Positions 48,483 to 58,934 of a stretch of DNA of 64,000 nucleotides are shown here, piece after piece. The translations under genes were made by a program, and so were the position numbers. Within the stretch, counting starts at the first letter, position 1; the number at the start of each line of letters is the position of its first letter. The stretch is from the NCBI GenBank assembly GCA_044376115.1, contig JBILLK010000018.1:32001-96000 (forward strand), written 5' to 3'. Under the pieces are notes generated by a model. The model was not told the origin of the DNA. It saw only the letters and a program-made list of their open reading frames with translations, and searched no databases. This DNA comes from Polyangiaceae bacterium (GTDB taxonomy: Bacteria > Myxococcota_A > Polyangia > Polyangiales > Polyangiaceae).

Positions 48483-49805
48483 AGCACGGCGCGCCTGACG
48501 GCGCCGCCGGCGACGGAGCGCGACCGCGACGAACAAGAGGGAAAGGGCGCCGGCCTTCTTGTTCGGTTGGTCATACCTGCATTGGCAACCGCCGCTGCCA
48601 CCATCGTCGCCCCCCGTCGTGGAACCGCTGGATGAGCTGTTGGTTGAGCTGCCCACGGGAGCACAGGTATCGGTCTGCAGGATCTGTTTCTGAGCAGCCC
48701 ACGGCGCCGGACATGCGGACTGAATCGAGGAGTCGTCCGCACAATTGGGGTCGGGCCCCTCGAGACATGGGAGGTGATGGATCGCTTCGATCGTCGTCCC
48801 TCCGTCCTGGCTCTTGCCGATCGTGAATTCGGCGGCGGCTTCACGCCCGCAAACGAACAATGCGTCGTTGGTCCAGGTCAAACAACGAACCCCGACCTCG
48901 TTCACCTGGGCAAACGCGAAGTCACTGGTATTGGCGCCCCAAATACCGTCCTCATCGCCGCCGACGCGAAGCTCGCTCCCGTCAGGAGAGAGCGCGAATC
49001 CGAGGAGCTTGCCCTTGCCAGTAAAGACCTCCTGCCAGCTATCCCCATAGTCTTTGGTCACCAGCAAGCGACCCGCTAGTGAGGCGAGCCTCAGGTACGC
49101 AGTGCCAGGGGACGCAGGATCGATCGCCGCAAGGTAGGGACCAGAATCATTGAGGCTGTTGGGTATGGGCTTGATCGTCCAGGTCTCTCCGCCGTCCAGG
49201 GAAAGCGCCAATTTGCCGACGTACTCACTGCTGGAAACAACTTCAAAGCCACTTACGTACAGCACTGAAGCATCCGAAGGCGCCGCATCGAGGGTCAGCC
49301 CGAGAAAGTTGGTTGGGAGTGATTGGCCCTGCTTAGACCAACTGAGCCCACCGTCCGACGTCGAGAAAACCCGTGTCTCGAACATGCTCCCGCCAAGCCC
49401 GTTGGAATGAATGACAATCGCGCTATCGGTTGCACTCTTGAGCGCGGAAACATCAACCACGTACTTATCGGCCAGCTCGCCAGGAACCAGGGCGTAGTCG
49501 CACTTGTCCGGAGTCGAGATCACGAGACCGTCAAACACCCCGGCCAACAAAACGCCGTTGCCCATGAGCGCAATCGGGGGATCGAGGATTCCACCGTAAA
49601 ACGCGGCTTCCTCGCAGGTCCACTGCCACGAGGTGCCGCCGTCGAGCGAATGGATGAACCCGTACGTCGTCTGCACTGCAATATCGTTCGGGTTCTCGGG
49701 ATTGACGACCAACTGCTGGGCATCGGGAAAGCGCCCGTTTGCGTGAGCTTCGAGGGGAGCCAACGTTGCAATGAGAGTCACCAAACCGATTCGGACGATC
49801 TTCAT
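48465..49805 (-). CDS. Secreted Asp-box (BNR) beta-propeller protein with MYXO-CTERM-like tail
   Basis: Signal peptide AHA-NGRFP; repeated SxDGGxxW; C-terminal GGSGGCQC...TM...RRRRR. Confidence 0.8.
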   Translation of the reverse strand: MKIVRIGLVTLIATLAPLEAHANGRFPDAQQLVVNPENPNDIAVQTTYGFIHSLDGGTSWQWTCEEAAFYGGILDPPIALMGNGVLLAGVFDGLVISTPDKCDYALVPGELADKYVVDVSALKSATDSAIVIHSNGLGGSMFETRVFSTSDGGLSWSKQGQSLPTNFLGLTLDAAPSDASVLYVSGFEVVSSSEYVGKLALSLDGGETWTIKPIPNSLNDSGPYLAAIDPASPGTAYLRLASLAGRLLVTKDYGDSWQEVFTGKGKLLGFALSPDGSELRVGGDEDGIWGANTSDFAFAQVNEVGVRCLTWTNDALFVCGREAAAEFTIGKSQDGGTTIEAIHHLPCLEGPDPNCADDSSIQSACPAPWAAQKQILQTDTCAPVGSSTNSSSSGSTTGGDDGGSGGCQCRYDQPNKKAGALSLLFVAVALRRRRRRQARRASVCSN

Positions 49806-50515
49806 GGCAGCCGCAGGAAGGTTAGCAAGTCAGCCAGGTCTTCATCGCTCAGGACGTTGAGGGAGAACGGCGGCATGGTGCCACCGTACCCGAGAAACCC
49901 GCCGTGGCGTGTCTTCTCCACAAACACGAGTCGACGATCTTCATCCGAGTACTCAGGTTCTGGATGGGCAGCCAGCGTGTCCTGAGGCAGACGGTCCGCT
50001 GAAGGGACAATCGCACCGAGGCCACTGCTCGGAGCCCCGTGACAAGAACGACACGCAGCGTCGAACACCTTGGAGCCACGAGCGGCGTCGCCAGGTTTTG
50101 GATCTTTCACCTCGCCAAGCTCGAACGGCTGTGGCGCCGCGCCCTCCTCGTCCTGCGAGATCGACTCGAGGAACGCATAGGTTGCCACGGCTTCATCCTC
50201 GTCTCCGGTCCAATAGACATTGGCCGCCATGAAGTAATAACGGCAGTGATTGATGCTGCGCAGCAGATCAATCTCGGCTCCGCCCCAGTAAGAGGGGCGC
50301 TTGGTGACGCCCTTGAGCGAGCCACCCGAGAGAAAGCTGGTCTCTAACGTCGTCGAATGGCAATCGGTACACGAGACTCGGTTGGAAGCAGCATCGGAAA
50401 GCGCTGGGTCTGAGAAAAGCTTCTCGCCATACTCTGCGGCTGACAGCGTAACGACGACAGGCTCAGGATCACACCCAGAGACGAGAGCGAACAGCGCCAG
50501 GTAGAGGTACCTCAT
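49802..50515 (-). CDS. Di-heme c-type cytochrome lipoprotein
   Basis: Lipobox VSG-C; CTDCH and CRSCH; distal MPPF. Confidence 0.88.
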   Translation of the reverse strand: MRYLYLALFALVSGCDPEPVVVTLSAAEYGEKLFSDPALSDAASNRVSCTDCHSTTLETSFLSGGSLKGVTKRPSYWGGAEIDLLRSINHCRYYFMAANVYWTGDEDEAVATYAFLESISQDEEGAAPQPFELGEVKDPKPGDAARGSKVFDAACRSCHGAPSSGLGAIVPSADRLPQDTLAAHPEPEYSDEDRRLVFVEKTRHGGFLGYGGTMPPFSLNVLSDEDLADLLTFLRLP

Positions 50516-51729
50516 CGGCTGCTCCCAATCATCGGCACGATTGCATCGGGGTACAAACCGACCTCTACGTTGCCCACCGTTTCCAGCTCCGACGAAAGAC
50601 GCAAGACTCGCCCATTACTTTTCTTGTCGCCTTCGCAAACCACCAGGAAGCCCGCCTGCTCCGGGACCACGATATGTGGGAACGGACACTCGTCGTTCAA
50701 GAACGCTCGCTCCTGCCCAGGAGTTTCACCAACCAAATCCACGATGCGCAAGGAGTCAGGTTGCTGCGTCACAATCGCAATCGCGCTTCCATCCTCAGAG
50801 AATGCATTGAAGAACGGCGCCGCGTTGGTGAAGATCGTCTTGTCCGAGTCCAGCAGGCCAGTGGCGGTGGCTAGGAACCGCACATCCTTACTGACCGTGT
50901 TGGAAACGGCCATCCATGCACCATCGGGAGAAACGCGAAGCGCGTAAGGTCCGTAGTTGGGCGCGCCAAATTGTCCCGCCCCGTCCCCTAGCGTCAGCAG
51001 CTTGGGCACCGGGCTAGCCTCCCGCAAATCGATCGTCGCTACAGCGTCTTCACCGTAACAAGCAACGTAGAGCAGCCCGTCCAGATCGAACTCGAGGCCA
51101 TGAGGAGCTACACAGGTAGTGATGAATTGGGGCTTCGCCCCCTCCTCGCCGAGCGTCTCCGCGTCAATCACTGCAACCCGTGCCCGGGCTTTGCTTAGGT
51201 CTGTCGGGTTCTTGAGCGCTCTTTGCAAATCAAAGTGAGAGACGACCACCTGCTTCTTGTCTGGTGAGAGCACAATATCGCCAGGGTTGGGATCGATGCG
51301 GACCTGGCCTACGACCGTTAGGTCCGACAAGCGAAGCTTCTGCACGTAACCGTAAACAGCGCTGGAGCCGTGCGTGTTGTGTGGTCCGGGGGCGGCATCA
51401 GAAGCTGGATAGCTGAGCGCGATGAACGCATACCCTGCCGCCTCGTCGATTGCGATGTGGTGAGGGCCGTCAATGTCGACCGGGTTCCGACCAACCGGCC
51501 GCCGCTCGGTGACCGTCATCGCTTCGAGATCAATAACATCGACCGTGTCGCCCAGACTGTTGGTTACGAATGCGGCGCGGGCGGGATAGTCAATCGTCGG
51601 AGGCGGATTGGGAAATGCCACGCCTTCGTACGGCTCGACATCGTAGGACGTCGGAGCATCCGAGCAGCCAACAGATCCGAGCAGGAGGCTGCTCATCGCG
51701 ACCGGAATGAACTTTTTTAGCGGGGCCAT
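50512..51729 (-). CDS. YncE/YVTN-like beta-propeller lipoprotein
   Basis: Lipobox SVG-C; FVTNSLGDTVDVID, GPHHIA, APHG repeats; start uncertain. Confidence 0.8.
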   Translation of the reverse strand: MAPLKKFIPVAMSSLLLGSVGCSDAPTSYDVEPYEGVAFPNPPPTIDYPARAAFVTNSLGDTVDVIDLEAMTVTERRPVGRNPVDIDGPHHIAIDEAAGYAFIALSYPASDAAPGPHNTHGSSAVYGYVQKLRLSDLTVVGQVRIDPNPGDIVLSPDKKQVVVSHFDLQRALKNPTDLSKARARVAVIDAETLGEEGAKPQFITTCVAPHGLEFDLDGLLYVACYGEDAVATIDLREASPVPKLLTLGDGAGQFGAPNYGPYALRVSPDGAWMAVSNTVSKDVRFLATATGLLDSDKTIFTNAAPFFNAFSEDGSAIAIVTQQPDSLRIVDLVGETPGQERAFLNDECPFPHIVVPEQAGFLVVCEGDKKSNGRVLRLSSELETVGNVEVGLYPDAIVPMIGSSR

Positions 51730-51866
51730 GAAATGTCGGAAACCCAATGAGTTTGCGCTGGGAAGTGTGGCTACATCCTACGCCATGAAGACGCTTCGAG
51801 CACGGCCCGTTGACTGACGGGGCTTGCAAGGTCCCCAGCGGTCAGCTAACCCCCCATCCGCCTCGA

Positions 51867-54692
51867 ATGACATCTGGACGCGCTCTCATCATCGTTGAGT
51901 CCCCGGCAAAGGCTAAAACCATCGCTGGTTTTCTCGGCAAGGACTACGTTGTCGAGTCGTCGATAGGCCACATTCGGGATTTGCCACGCAATGCCAGCGA
52001 CATCCCGGCTGCCCACAAGAAGGCGAGTTGGGCGCGGCTCGGGGTGGATGTCGACAATGGGTTCAAGCCCTACTACGTCATTTCCCCTGACAAAAAGCTG
52101 CATATCCAGAAGCTCAAGGACCTGCTGGCCAAAGCGGACGAGCTTTATCTAGCAACCGACGAGGACCGCGAGGGGGAGAGCATTGCCTGGCATCTATTGG
52201 AGGTTCTCAAACCCAAAGTGCCAGTCAAGCGGATGGTCTTTCACGAGATCACCAAGCCGGCGATCAAGAAAGCCATTGAGAACCCGCGCGACGTCGATCG
52301 CCGACTAGTAGATGCGCAGGAAGCCCGGCGCATTCTGGACCGACTGTACGGGTATGAGGTGTCGGCGGTCCTGTGGAAGAAGGTGATGCCAAAGCTGTCG
52401 GCCGGGCGCGTTCAGAGCGTCGCCACCCGCATCATCGTGGACCGCGAGAAGCAGCGCATGAAGTTCGTCCGAGCTTCCTATTGGGATCTCGACGCCAAAC
52501 TCAAAGCAGCTGATGGCGAATTCAACGCCGCTGTGATCTCCAAAGACGGTCAGCGGATCGCGACGAGCAAGGACTTCGATGACCGCGGCCAACTGACAAG
52601 GCCAGGCGCCTTGCTGATGGATGAAAAGGCAGCCCGTGCCCTCGCCCAGGACTTGGATCTGGCGGCGCTCTCCGTGCTCGGTGTTGAGCGCAAACCCAAC
52701 AAGCGCAGCCCCGCCCCGCCCTTCATGACCAGCTCGCTGCAACAAGAGGCGAGCCGCAAGCTGCGCATGAGCGCCAAACAAGCCATGACCTGCGCCCAGA
52801 GGCTCTACGAGGGCGGCTACATCACGTACATGCGTACCGATTCGACGCAGCTATCTGCATCGGCGCTGTCCAGCGCGCGCTCGCATATCAAAGAGATGTA
52901 CGGAGCTGAGTACCTCCCGGCTGAGCCGCGTATCTACGCCAAGAAGGTGAAGAACGCACAGGAGGCCCACGAAGCCATTCGCCCCGCCGGAGACAGTTTC
53001 CGCCACCCGGAGGAGGTCGCTAAAGAGGTCGGGGGGCCCGAAGCCAAGCTCTATGAGCTTGTTTGGATGCGCACCATCGCCTCGCAAATGAAGGATTCCA
53101 TCGGCGAGAGCGTAACCGCGCGGATCGGTGGTAAGACCAAATCCGGCGTGCCGGTAGAACTCACCGCTAGCGGGCACTCCATCGTATTTCCAGGCTTCCT
53201 TCGTGCCTACGTTGAAGGCAGCGATGATCCTTCGGCTGAGCTCGAGGGCCGTGAAAAGCACCTGCCGAGACTGACTGAGGGTGAAAAGCTTCCCGTCATT
53301 GAGGTGTTGCCCAAGGGGCATGAGACGCAGCCTCCTGCCCGTTTCACGGAAGCCAGCTTGGTTCAGAAGCTCGAGGAGCTTGGGGTTGGGCGGCCGTCTA
53401 CGTATGCCAGCATCATCTCCACCATCATGGATCGTGAGTACGTTTGGAAGAAGGGCTCTGCCCTAATTCCCCACTTCAAAGCGTTTGCCGTCATTCAGCT
53501 GCTGGAAACGCACTTTGACACGCTGGTTGATTACACGTTCACCGCTCGCATGGAGGACGAACTGGACGAGATCGCCCAGGGGCGTGAGGACTCGGCCCCG
53601 TGGCTTGCACGTTTTTACTTTGGTGATGCGGCCAGCGCGCCGAAGGCGCCGAAGCCGGGAGAAAAGCCCGTCGAGCGTAGCGCGATCCAGGCGATGGGCC
53701 TGAAGAGCGCAGTAGAGGATCGGCTCGAGTCGATTGACGCACGCGCCATCAACTCGATCGCTCTCGGCACGGACGTCGACGGCCAGGACATCGTTATCCG
53801 AGTCGGCAAGTTTGGCCCCTATCTGACGCGCGGCGAAGGCAAGGCCAGCATCCCGGATGATCTTCCGCCAGACGAGTTGACGGTCGAGAAGGCGCATGAG
53901 CTGCTTGAAGCACCGAGTGGTGGCAGACTCGTAGGGACTGACCCTTCGACTGGCCTACCCATCTTCGTAAAAGGTGGTCGCTTTGGGACCTTCTTCCAAC
54001 TTGGCGAGGTCGCCAAAGACGCTCCCAAGGATGCCGAGAAGCCCAAGACCGCGTCGCTATTGCCCAGCATGGACGCGGCGACTGTCACTGTTGAGGACGC
54101 GCTGCGAATGTTGTCGCTACCTCGCATCGTCGGAGCGGACCCGCAGACGGGGGATGAGGTATCGGCGCAAATTGGCCGTTACGGTGCATACATCAAACGC
54201 GGTAAGGACAGCCGCAGCTTGGCTCGCCAGGAAGATGTATTCCACATCACCCTCAGCGGCGCCTTGGAGCTCTTGGCGCAGCCCAAGACCCGCGGAGCCC
54301 AACGCGCACCGCAGCCTCCATTGAAAGAGTTCCCCGAGGACGCTGTTTCCAAGCAGCCCATCAAGGTATTGCAGGGCCGCTTTGGTCTCTATGTAACGGA
54401 CGGAGAAACCAACGCCTCACTGCGAACGGATGACTCGTTGGAAACGCTGACCCACGAGCGTGCGCAAGAGCTCCTTCAACTGCGTCGCGACCGTGGAGAC
54501 ACTCCCAAGCCGGGCAAGGGACGCCGAGCCAAAGCGCCGGTCAAGCGGGCGAAGGTTGCGGCGGCTACGAAGGCCAAGGCCACGGCTGACAAGCCGGTAG
54601 CGGCCAATCCCGCAGCGAAGAAGGCGGTCGCCAAGAAGGCTGCGCCGAAGGCCAAGGCAGCCAAGGCCAAGGCAGCCAAGGCCAAGAAGTAG
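51867..54692 (+). CDS. topA: DNA topoisomerase I
   Basis: IVESPAKAK, ATDEDREGE, SAGRVQS, ITYMRTDS, AHEAIRP, GVGRPSTY; Topo-C repeats (GRFG/GRYG); Lys/Ala-rich tail. Confidence 0.97.
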   Translation: MTSGRALIIVESPAKAKTIAGFLGKDYVVESSIGHIRDLPRNASDIPAAHKKASWARLGVDVDNGFKPYYVISPDKKLHIQKLKDLLAKADELYLATDEDREGESIAWHLLEVLKPKVPVKRMVFHEITKPAIKKAIENPRDVDRRLVDAQEARRILDRLYGYEVSAVLWKKVMPKLSAGRVQSVATRIIVDREKQRMKFVRASYWDLDAKLKAADGEFNAAVISKDGQRIATSKDFDDRGQLTRPGALLMDEKAARALAQDLDLAALSVLGVERKPNKRSPAPPFMTSSLQQEASRKLRMSAKQAMTCAQRLYEGGYITYMRTDSTQLSASALSSARSHIKEMYGAEYLPAEPRIYAKKVKNAQEAHEAIRPAGDSFRHPEEVAKEVGGPEAKLYELVWMRTIASQMKDSIGESVTARIGGKTKSGVPVELTASGHSIVFPGFLRAYVEGSDDPSAELEGREKHLPRLTEGEKLPVIEVLPKGHETQPPARFTEASLVQKLEELGVGRPSTYASIISTIMDREYVWKKGSALIPHFKAFAVIQLLETHFDTLVDYTFTARMEDELDEIAQGREDSAPWLARFYFGDAASAPKAPKPGEKPVERSAIQAMGLKSAVEDRLESIDARAINSIALGTDVDGQDIVIRVGKFGPYLTRGEGKASIPDDLPPDELTVEKAHELLEAPSGGRLVGTDPSTGLPIFVKGGRFGTFFQLGEVAKDAPKDAEKPKTASLLPSMDAATVTVEDALRMLSLPRIVGADPQTGDEVSAQIGRYGAYIKRGKDSRSLARQEDVFHITLSGALELLAQPKTRGAQRAPQPPLKEFPEDAVSKQPIKVLQGRFGLYVTDGETNASLRTDDSLETLTHERAQELLQLRRDRGDTPKPGKGRRAKAPVKRAKVAAATKAKATADKPVAANPAAKKAVAKKAAPKAKAAKAKAAKAKK

Positions 54693-54810
54693 CTCGGGCT
54701 TCGAGCCTCCGGCCGCCACTTCAGTGGAATAAACATCACCGCGATCAAAGTGCTTGAGGATCAGCGGGGAGTCAGGTACACAGCGGTCCCCTCGTCCTTT
54801 GAGGATGAGT

Positions 54811-54885
<75 letters not shown>

Positions 54886-55246
54886 ATTGAGGCAGGCTGA
54901 CGGTTGGTCCCGGGCTGCCTAGCAACACGGCCCTGGCAGCCAGCGCGGCTCTGAGCAACAGACCGTGGCTGCATACGGTCACGCAACTGAGTTTGCGGCG
55001 CCTGCGCCAGCTGCATTGGGCGTAGATAAGAACCCAGACGTGGCGCCGATTGGCCGCCCCAAAAGTTTACTCGCTTGTGGGCAGACGGAGTTCCATTGGG
55101 GCAGAGCGGAGCCGCCAATGAATCGACGGCGGTGACTCCCCCGCGCGACCAAGAGGGTCAGGCGCGACCAATGGTATTGGCCTGAAATGGCAAACCCCCG
55201 CGAGTTAGGACTTCGCGGGGGTTCCAAGCGGAGAAGGGTTGAACGA

Positions 55247-55717
55247 CTACTTGCCAGTGAGGTGGAGCGTGGTGTTGCGACGCTCGCCCTTGGTGCCGAG
55301 CTGCTTGGTCTCCAATGCACGCTTGAGCGTGCCGAGCCATTCGCTCTTCTCCATACGGAGTTCCTTGCGGGCAAGCTCCGAGGTGATGCCGGGCTTGGAA
55401 CGAACAACCGAAACCAAGCGACCCACGTCGCGATCAAGGTCAGCGATTGAGCGGCGGATGCGCTTTGCTTTGGGCGCGCCGGGGGCGGCCTTCTTAGCGG
55501 GAGCTGCCTTAGCAGCCGGAGCGGCCTTAGCAGCAGCCTTCGCAGGAGCTTTCTTGGCAGCGGCAGCGGCAGCAGGCTTGGCTTTGGCAGCTGCGGCAGC
55601 GACGGGCTTCGACTCGCCGAGAGCCGCGCGGACGGCGGTGAGTGCCTCTTCGCGGATAGCGGTTTCGAGCTTGGAAACAAATTCCTCTACGAGGACCTGA
55701 ATCTTTAGGTTCGACAT
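55247..55717 (-). CDS. Basic histone-like / nucleoid-associated DNA-binding protein
   Basis: N-terminal amphipathic helix, AKA/PAKK linker, C-terminal KRIRRS...KGERRNTT winged-helix-like domain; GAGG SD. Confidence 0.75.
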   Translation of the reverse strand: MSNLKIQVLVEEFVSKLETAIREEALTAVRAALGESKPVAAAAAKAKPAAAAAAKKAPAKAAAKAAPAAKAAPAKKAAPGAPKAKRIRRSIADLDRDVGRLVSVVRSKPGITSELARKELRMEKSEWLGTLKRALETKQLGTKGERRNTTLHLTGK

Positions 55718-56018
55718 GTTCCGCCTCATCTAGCCGGTATCGCGCTAACTTCCAAGCGGAACTAGTCGTATATCTCAATAAACTTTCCATCGAGCAGCGC
55801 GGCTCTGCCACTCAGGTTCCACCTTCGGTGGAATCTACGCGGCTTTGGCAGCTCATTGGACAGGACGCGCAAAGCCGGTTCGCAGCGTTGGCTGTGTTGG
55901 TGTGAGTGCCGTCGACCTTGCGATTAAACTAGGACGAGTCCCCCACGACTCGTCCCAGGCCAGATGGCTTAGTGGGACGTCGGCGGCAATGTATGTAACA
56001 CAGCCGTCAACGCAGCGG

Positions 56019-56984
56019 TCATTGACACTCGGACAGATAGTCCGCGCAGCAGTCACCGTAAAAGCTGCACGAGTCATCGCAGTAGCAACTCCCGTCGAGG
56101 GATGCGCCATCGCATGCATCAAAACAGCTAGCGGAGCTGGGCTCGGGAGCTTGGCCGGCCTTGCACGCACCCATACAAACCGCGGGGCAAACCATTCCTG
56201 GGGCGCAGGGGCTCAAACACTCTGATAGGTCGCAGTATGCATTCTCGCCGCATTCAGCGTCGGCATGGCAGAGCGTCGCCTCCGGCTGCACGCGGTCGAA
56301 GATCTGAGTCACACTAAAAGTCTTCTTGGCCCCTTTGGTCTTTAGGCTCCCCGCAACGACGAGTCCGTTTTTGAGGGCTTGTTCGAGCGCCATCGCATTG
56401 GCGTCGTCGGTCAAAGCTAGCGGAGCGAGGTTCAAATCAGTGACCTGTTTCACTACCGTACTGTTGAACTTACGCGCGAGGAGATTGGGGCACGGCGCCT
56501 GAATGCAGGTAATTCCAGAAGACTCGACTCTGTGAATCGTGCCCTCGACTGGAGCACCGGAGCGATTGGTAAAACCCTTGGTCGCCACCAACCGGCCTAT
56601 CTCCGGGAACTGCTCACTCAGGGGCTGAATGTGCCCCGAGAGCAGGACCGATCCGGAAGCAGCCACCTCACGTAGAGACCCCGCTTGCGCCTCGGACAAC
56701 TCCAAAGCCGCCAGGTCAAGGTCGGATACGTAGCACTCAGTCTGCTTGGAGCCATCCAAACAGGTGGTCTTGGTCTTGTTGACCGCCTTGATGAAGTATC
56801 CGCTGCACATTGGGTAGGCACACTTGCGGAAGTCCCTACCCGAGACGACGTAGAGCGTCTCAGCCTCGAGGGCACGCGTCTGCTCCTGCCCTCCAACCTC
56901 CTCAATGACTGGTAATGACGTCTCGGGACTACACGCCAAGAGCACCGTCGCCAAACAAGCGGGGAGAAGCTTTGTGAACAGCAT
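56019..56984 (-). CDS. Cys-rich lipoprotein with duplicated domain and somatomedin-B-like C-terminus
   Basis: Lipobox LLA-C; CAYPMC and CIQAPC repeats; CYCDDSCSFYGDCCADY. Confidence 0.8.
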   Translation of the reverse strand: MLFTKLLPACLATVLLACSPETSLPVIEEVGGQEQTRALEAETLYVVSGRDFRKCAYPMCSGYFIKAVNKTKTTCLDGSKQTECYVSDLDLAALELSEAQAGSLREVAASGSVLLSGHIQPLSEQFPEIGRLVATKGFTNRSGAPVEGTIHRVESSGITCIQAPCPNLLARKFNSTVVKQVTDLNLAPLALTDDANAMALEQALKNGLVVAGSLKTKGAKKTFSVTQIFDRVQPEATLCHADAECGENAYCDLSECLSPCAPGMVCPAVCMGACKAGQAPEPSSASCFDACDGASLDGSCYCDDSCSFYGDCCADYLSECQ

Positions 56985-57123
56985 GGGGCCTCTGTAGTCG
57001 CTTCTCCTACAGCGTCAACACGGAATCGCCAATCAAGGTGGCTGCGTTGCTATTCGGACGCAGTACGACAAGGACCGCGCGGGTTTTCAAGCCGACCTCG
57101 ACTCATTAGCGTACTGGTCAGAT

Positions 57124-58080
57124 ATGGTGCCCCTCTATCCACTCCGCTTCGAACCCATCTTCAAGCAGCAACCGTGGGGTGGAACTGAGCTGTTGCCGCT
57201 ATTGAACCGAGCCTCGGATGGAGTTGCAACGGGCGAGGCCTGGCTGCTCTCGGACGTCGACGGCAATGAGAGCTGCGTACAAAACGGCCCGCTGCGTGGG
57301 ACGTCGCTACGTCAAATCGCGACACAACGACGAGCCGAGCTACTTGGGTCGACAAACCTTTCGCAAGGTCGCTTCCCAATCCTGCTCAAACTCATTGACG
57401 CGAAGAAGGAGCTTTCGGTGCAGGTTCATCCCAATGACGCACAAGCCGAAGCGAAAGCCCACGGACAACTCGGCAAAACCGAGGCGTGGGTAGTCTTAGC
57501 CGCCAATCCCAATAGCAGCCTCCTCTACGTCGGATTGAAGCCCGGTGTTGACCGGCCAGCGCTAGAAGCGGGCATTGCCAATGGAACAGCCGCAGATTTA
57601 CTCCATAGCTTTAAACCCCAAGTTGGTGATTGCGTACTACTCAACGCAGGCACCGTTCACGCCATTGGCAGAGATCTCTTGCTCTTCGAGATTCAGCAGA
57701 CGAGCGATCTAACGTACCGCCTCTACGACTGGGGCCGGTTGGACGACAAAGGTCAGTCTCGACCACTTCACATCGAAGACGGTCTTGAGTGCACGGACTT
57801 TGGACGGGGCCCGGTCGCGCCGTTGCGAGTTGATTCACGCGCTGCCAAAGAACCGCTGATCGACTGCAAGTACTTCTCCTTGGGCCGCCAAACGGTACTC
57901 GACATAGAGCGGTTGGGCTGCGACGAGCGATGCTCCGTCTACGTATGTATCGAGGGGGAAGGAAGGCTGGAGGGCGAGCGCTTCGCTAAGGGAGACGTCG
58001 TGCTACTTCCTGCTTCGGCGAGTCACGCCACGCTAGAGGCTTCGAAGCCTTTACAACTGCTTTATTGCGAGCCGCGCTGA
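57124..58080 (+). CDS. manA: Type I mannose-6-phosphate isomerase
   Basis: WGG, GEAW, FPILLKLIDA, LSVQVHP, GKTEAW, GTVHAIG, EIQQTSDLTYRLYDW. Confidence 0.92.
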   Translation: MVPLYPLRFEPIFKQQPWGGTELLPLLNRASDGVATGEAWLLSDVDGNESCVQNGPLRGTSLRQIATQRRAELLGSTNLSQGRFPILLKLIDAKKELSVQVHPNDAQAEAKAHGQLGKTEAWVVLAANPNSSLLYVGLKPGVDRPALEAGIANGTAADLLHSFKPQVGDCVLLNAGTVHAIGRDLLLFEIQQTSDLTYRLYDWGRLDDKGQSRPLHIEDGLECTDFGRGPVAPLRVDSRAAKEPLIDCKYFSLGRQTVLDIERLGCDERCSVYVCIEGEGRLEGERFAKGDVVLLPASASHATLEASKPLQLLYCEPR

Positions 58081-58165
58081 CCCGGACCGAATCAACGAGC
58101 ACGGCACATCAAGTTACTCGCCCGTCGTCAGCTTGTCACATTGAGCGAGGAAAACGCGCTCAGCA

Positions 58166-58921
58166 ATGCTGGACCAGTGGCACAGCGACAGACCAGACCG
58201 TTTGCGGCAGAAGCGGCTGGGCTTGGGCTTGATTGTAGGATTCGCAGGGCTCGCCTCTGTGGTCTACGGCGCCAGTCTTGTAGAGGCCGCGCCACCCGCC
58301 ACTGAGGAACCGGAGAAAGAAGTCGAGGTTGCACTGGTTGAGACGCCTGAAGAGCCAAAGGACGAACCTCCACCTCCGGCTCCCGAGCCAGTCGAGCCAG
58401 CTCCCGCCCTTACTCCAGCGAAGGCTGCGCCTGCGCCAGGCCCTGCACCCGAGCCTGCGCCTGACCCCTCCGCGGCCGATAGCGATCCTTTCGCAGCAGC
58501 TGATCCTCCGCCGAATAGCAAGCCCGGAGGAACGGGCAACGGAGCAGGCAATGGGACTGGAACCGGCACAGGGACCACACTCGTACCGCCTCCGCCGCCT
58601 CCACCTCCACCTCCGCCACCAGCGCCTCCGCCTCCACCCAATCCAGCAGATTATTCGCCGCCAAAGTGCAAACAGCGCGGCATAGATGCAGCGCAAGCCA
58701 AGGCAATCGGCGTCGAAGGAAGAGTCGTAGTCAAATATACGGTTACCGCCTCCGGGGCCGTGGTCAATGTCCGCGCTGAGAGTGGCCCCACGGAGCTGCG
58801 CGCGCTGGCGGTCGCGGCTGTTTCGAGCTGGACCTGCGAACCCGCACGTATGAAGTCGGATGGCTCGGCGCTGCAGGTCACCAAGAACGTTCCGCTAACG
58901 GTTCGACTAAAGACTGATTGA
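58166..58921 (+). CDS. tonB: Energy transducer TonB
   Basis: N-terminal TM, Pro-rich spacer, C-terminal GVEGRVVVKYTVTASGAV...AVSSWTCEPA. Confidence 0.85.
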   Translation: MLDQWHSDRPDRLRQKRLGLGLIVGFAGLASVVYGASLVEAAPPATEEPEKEVEVALVETPEEPKDEPPPPAPEPVEPAPALTPAKAAPAPGPAPEPAPDPSAADSDPFAAADPPPNSKPGGTGNGAGNGTGTGTGTTLVPPPPPPPPPPPPAPPPPPNPADYSPPKCKQRGIDAAQAKAIGVEGRVVVKYTVTASGAVVNVRAESGPTELRALAVAAVSSWTCEPARMKSDGSALQVTKNVPLTVRLKTD

Positions 58922-58934
58922 CCAGGAGGCAATT

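Noticed and set aside
54979..55680. 233-aa alternative-frame ORF over the histone-like gene
   Set aside because: A frame-shifted reading of the Ala/Lys repeats; the 55247-55717 frame has an SD and a coherent architecture
55814..55836. Hairpin AGGTTCCACC-TTC-GGTGGAATCT as an sRNA or riboswitch
   Set aside because: Single isolated stem without a T-tract or other supporting structure; function cannot be assigned
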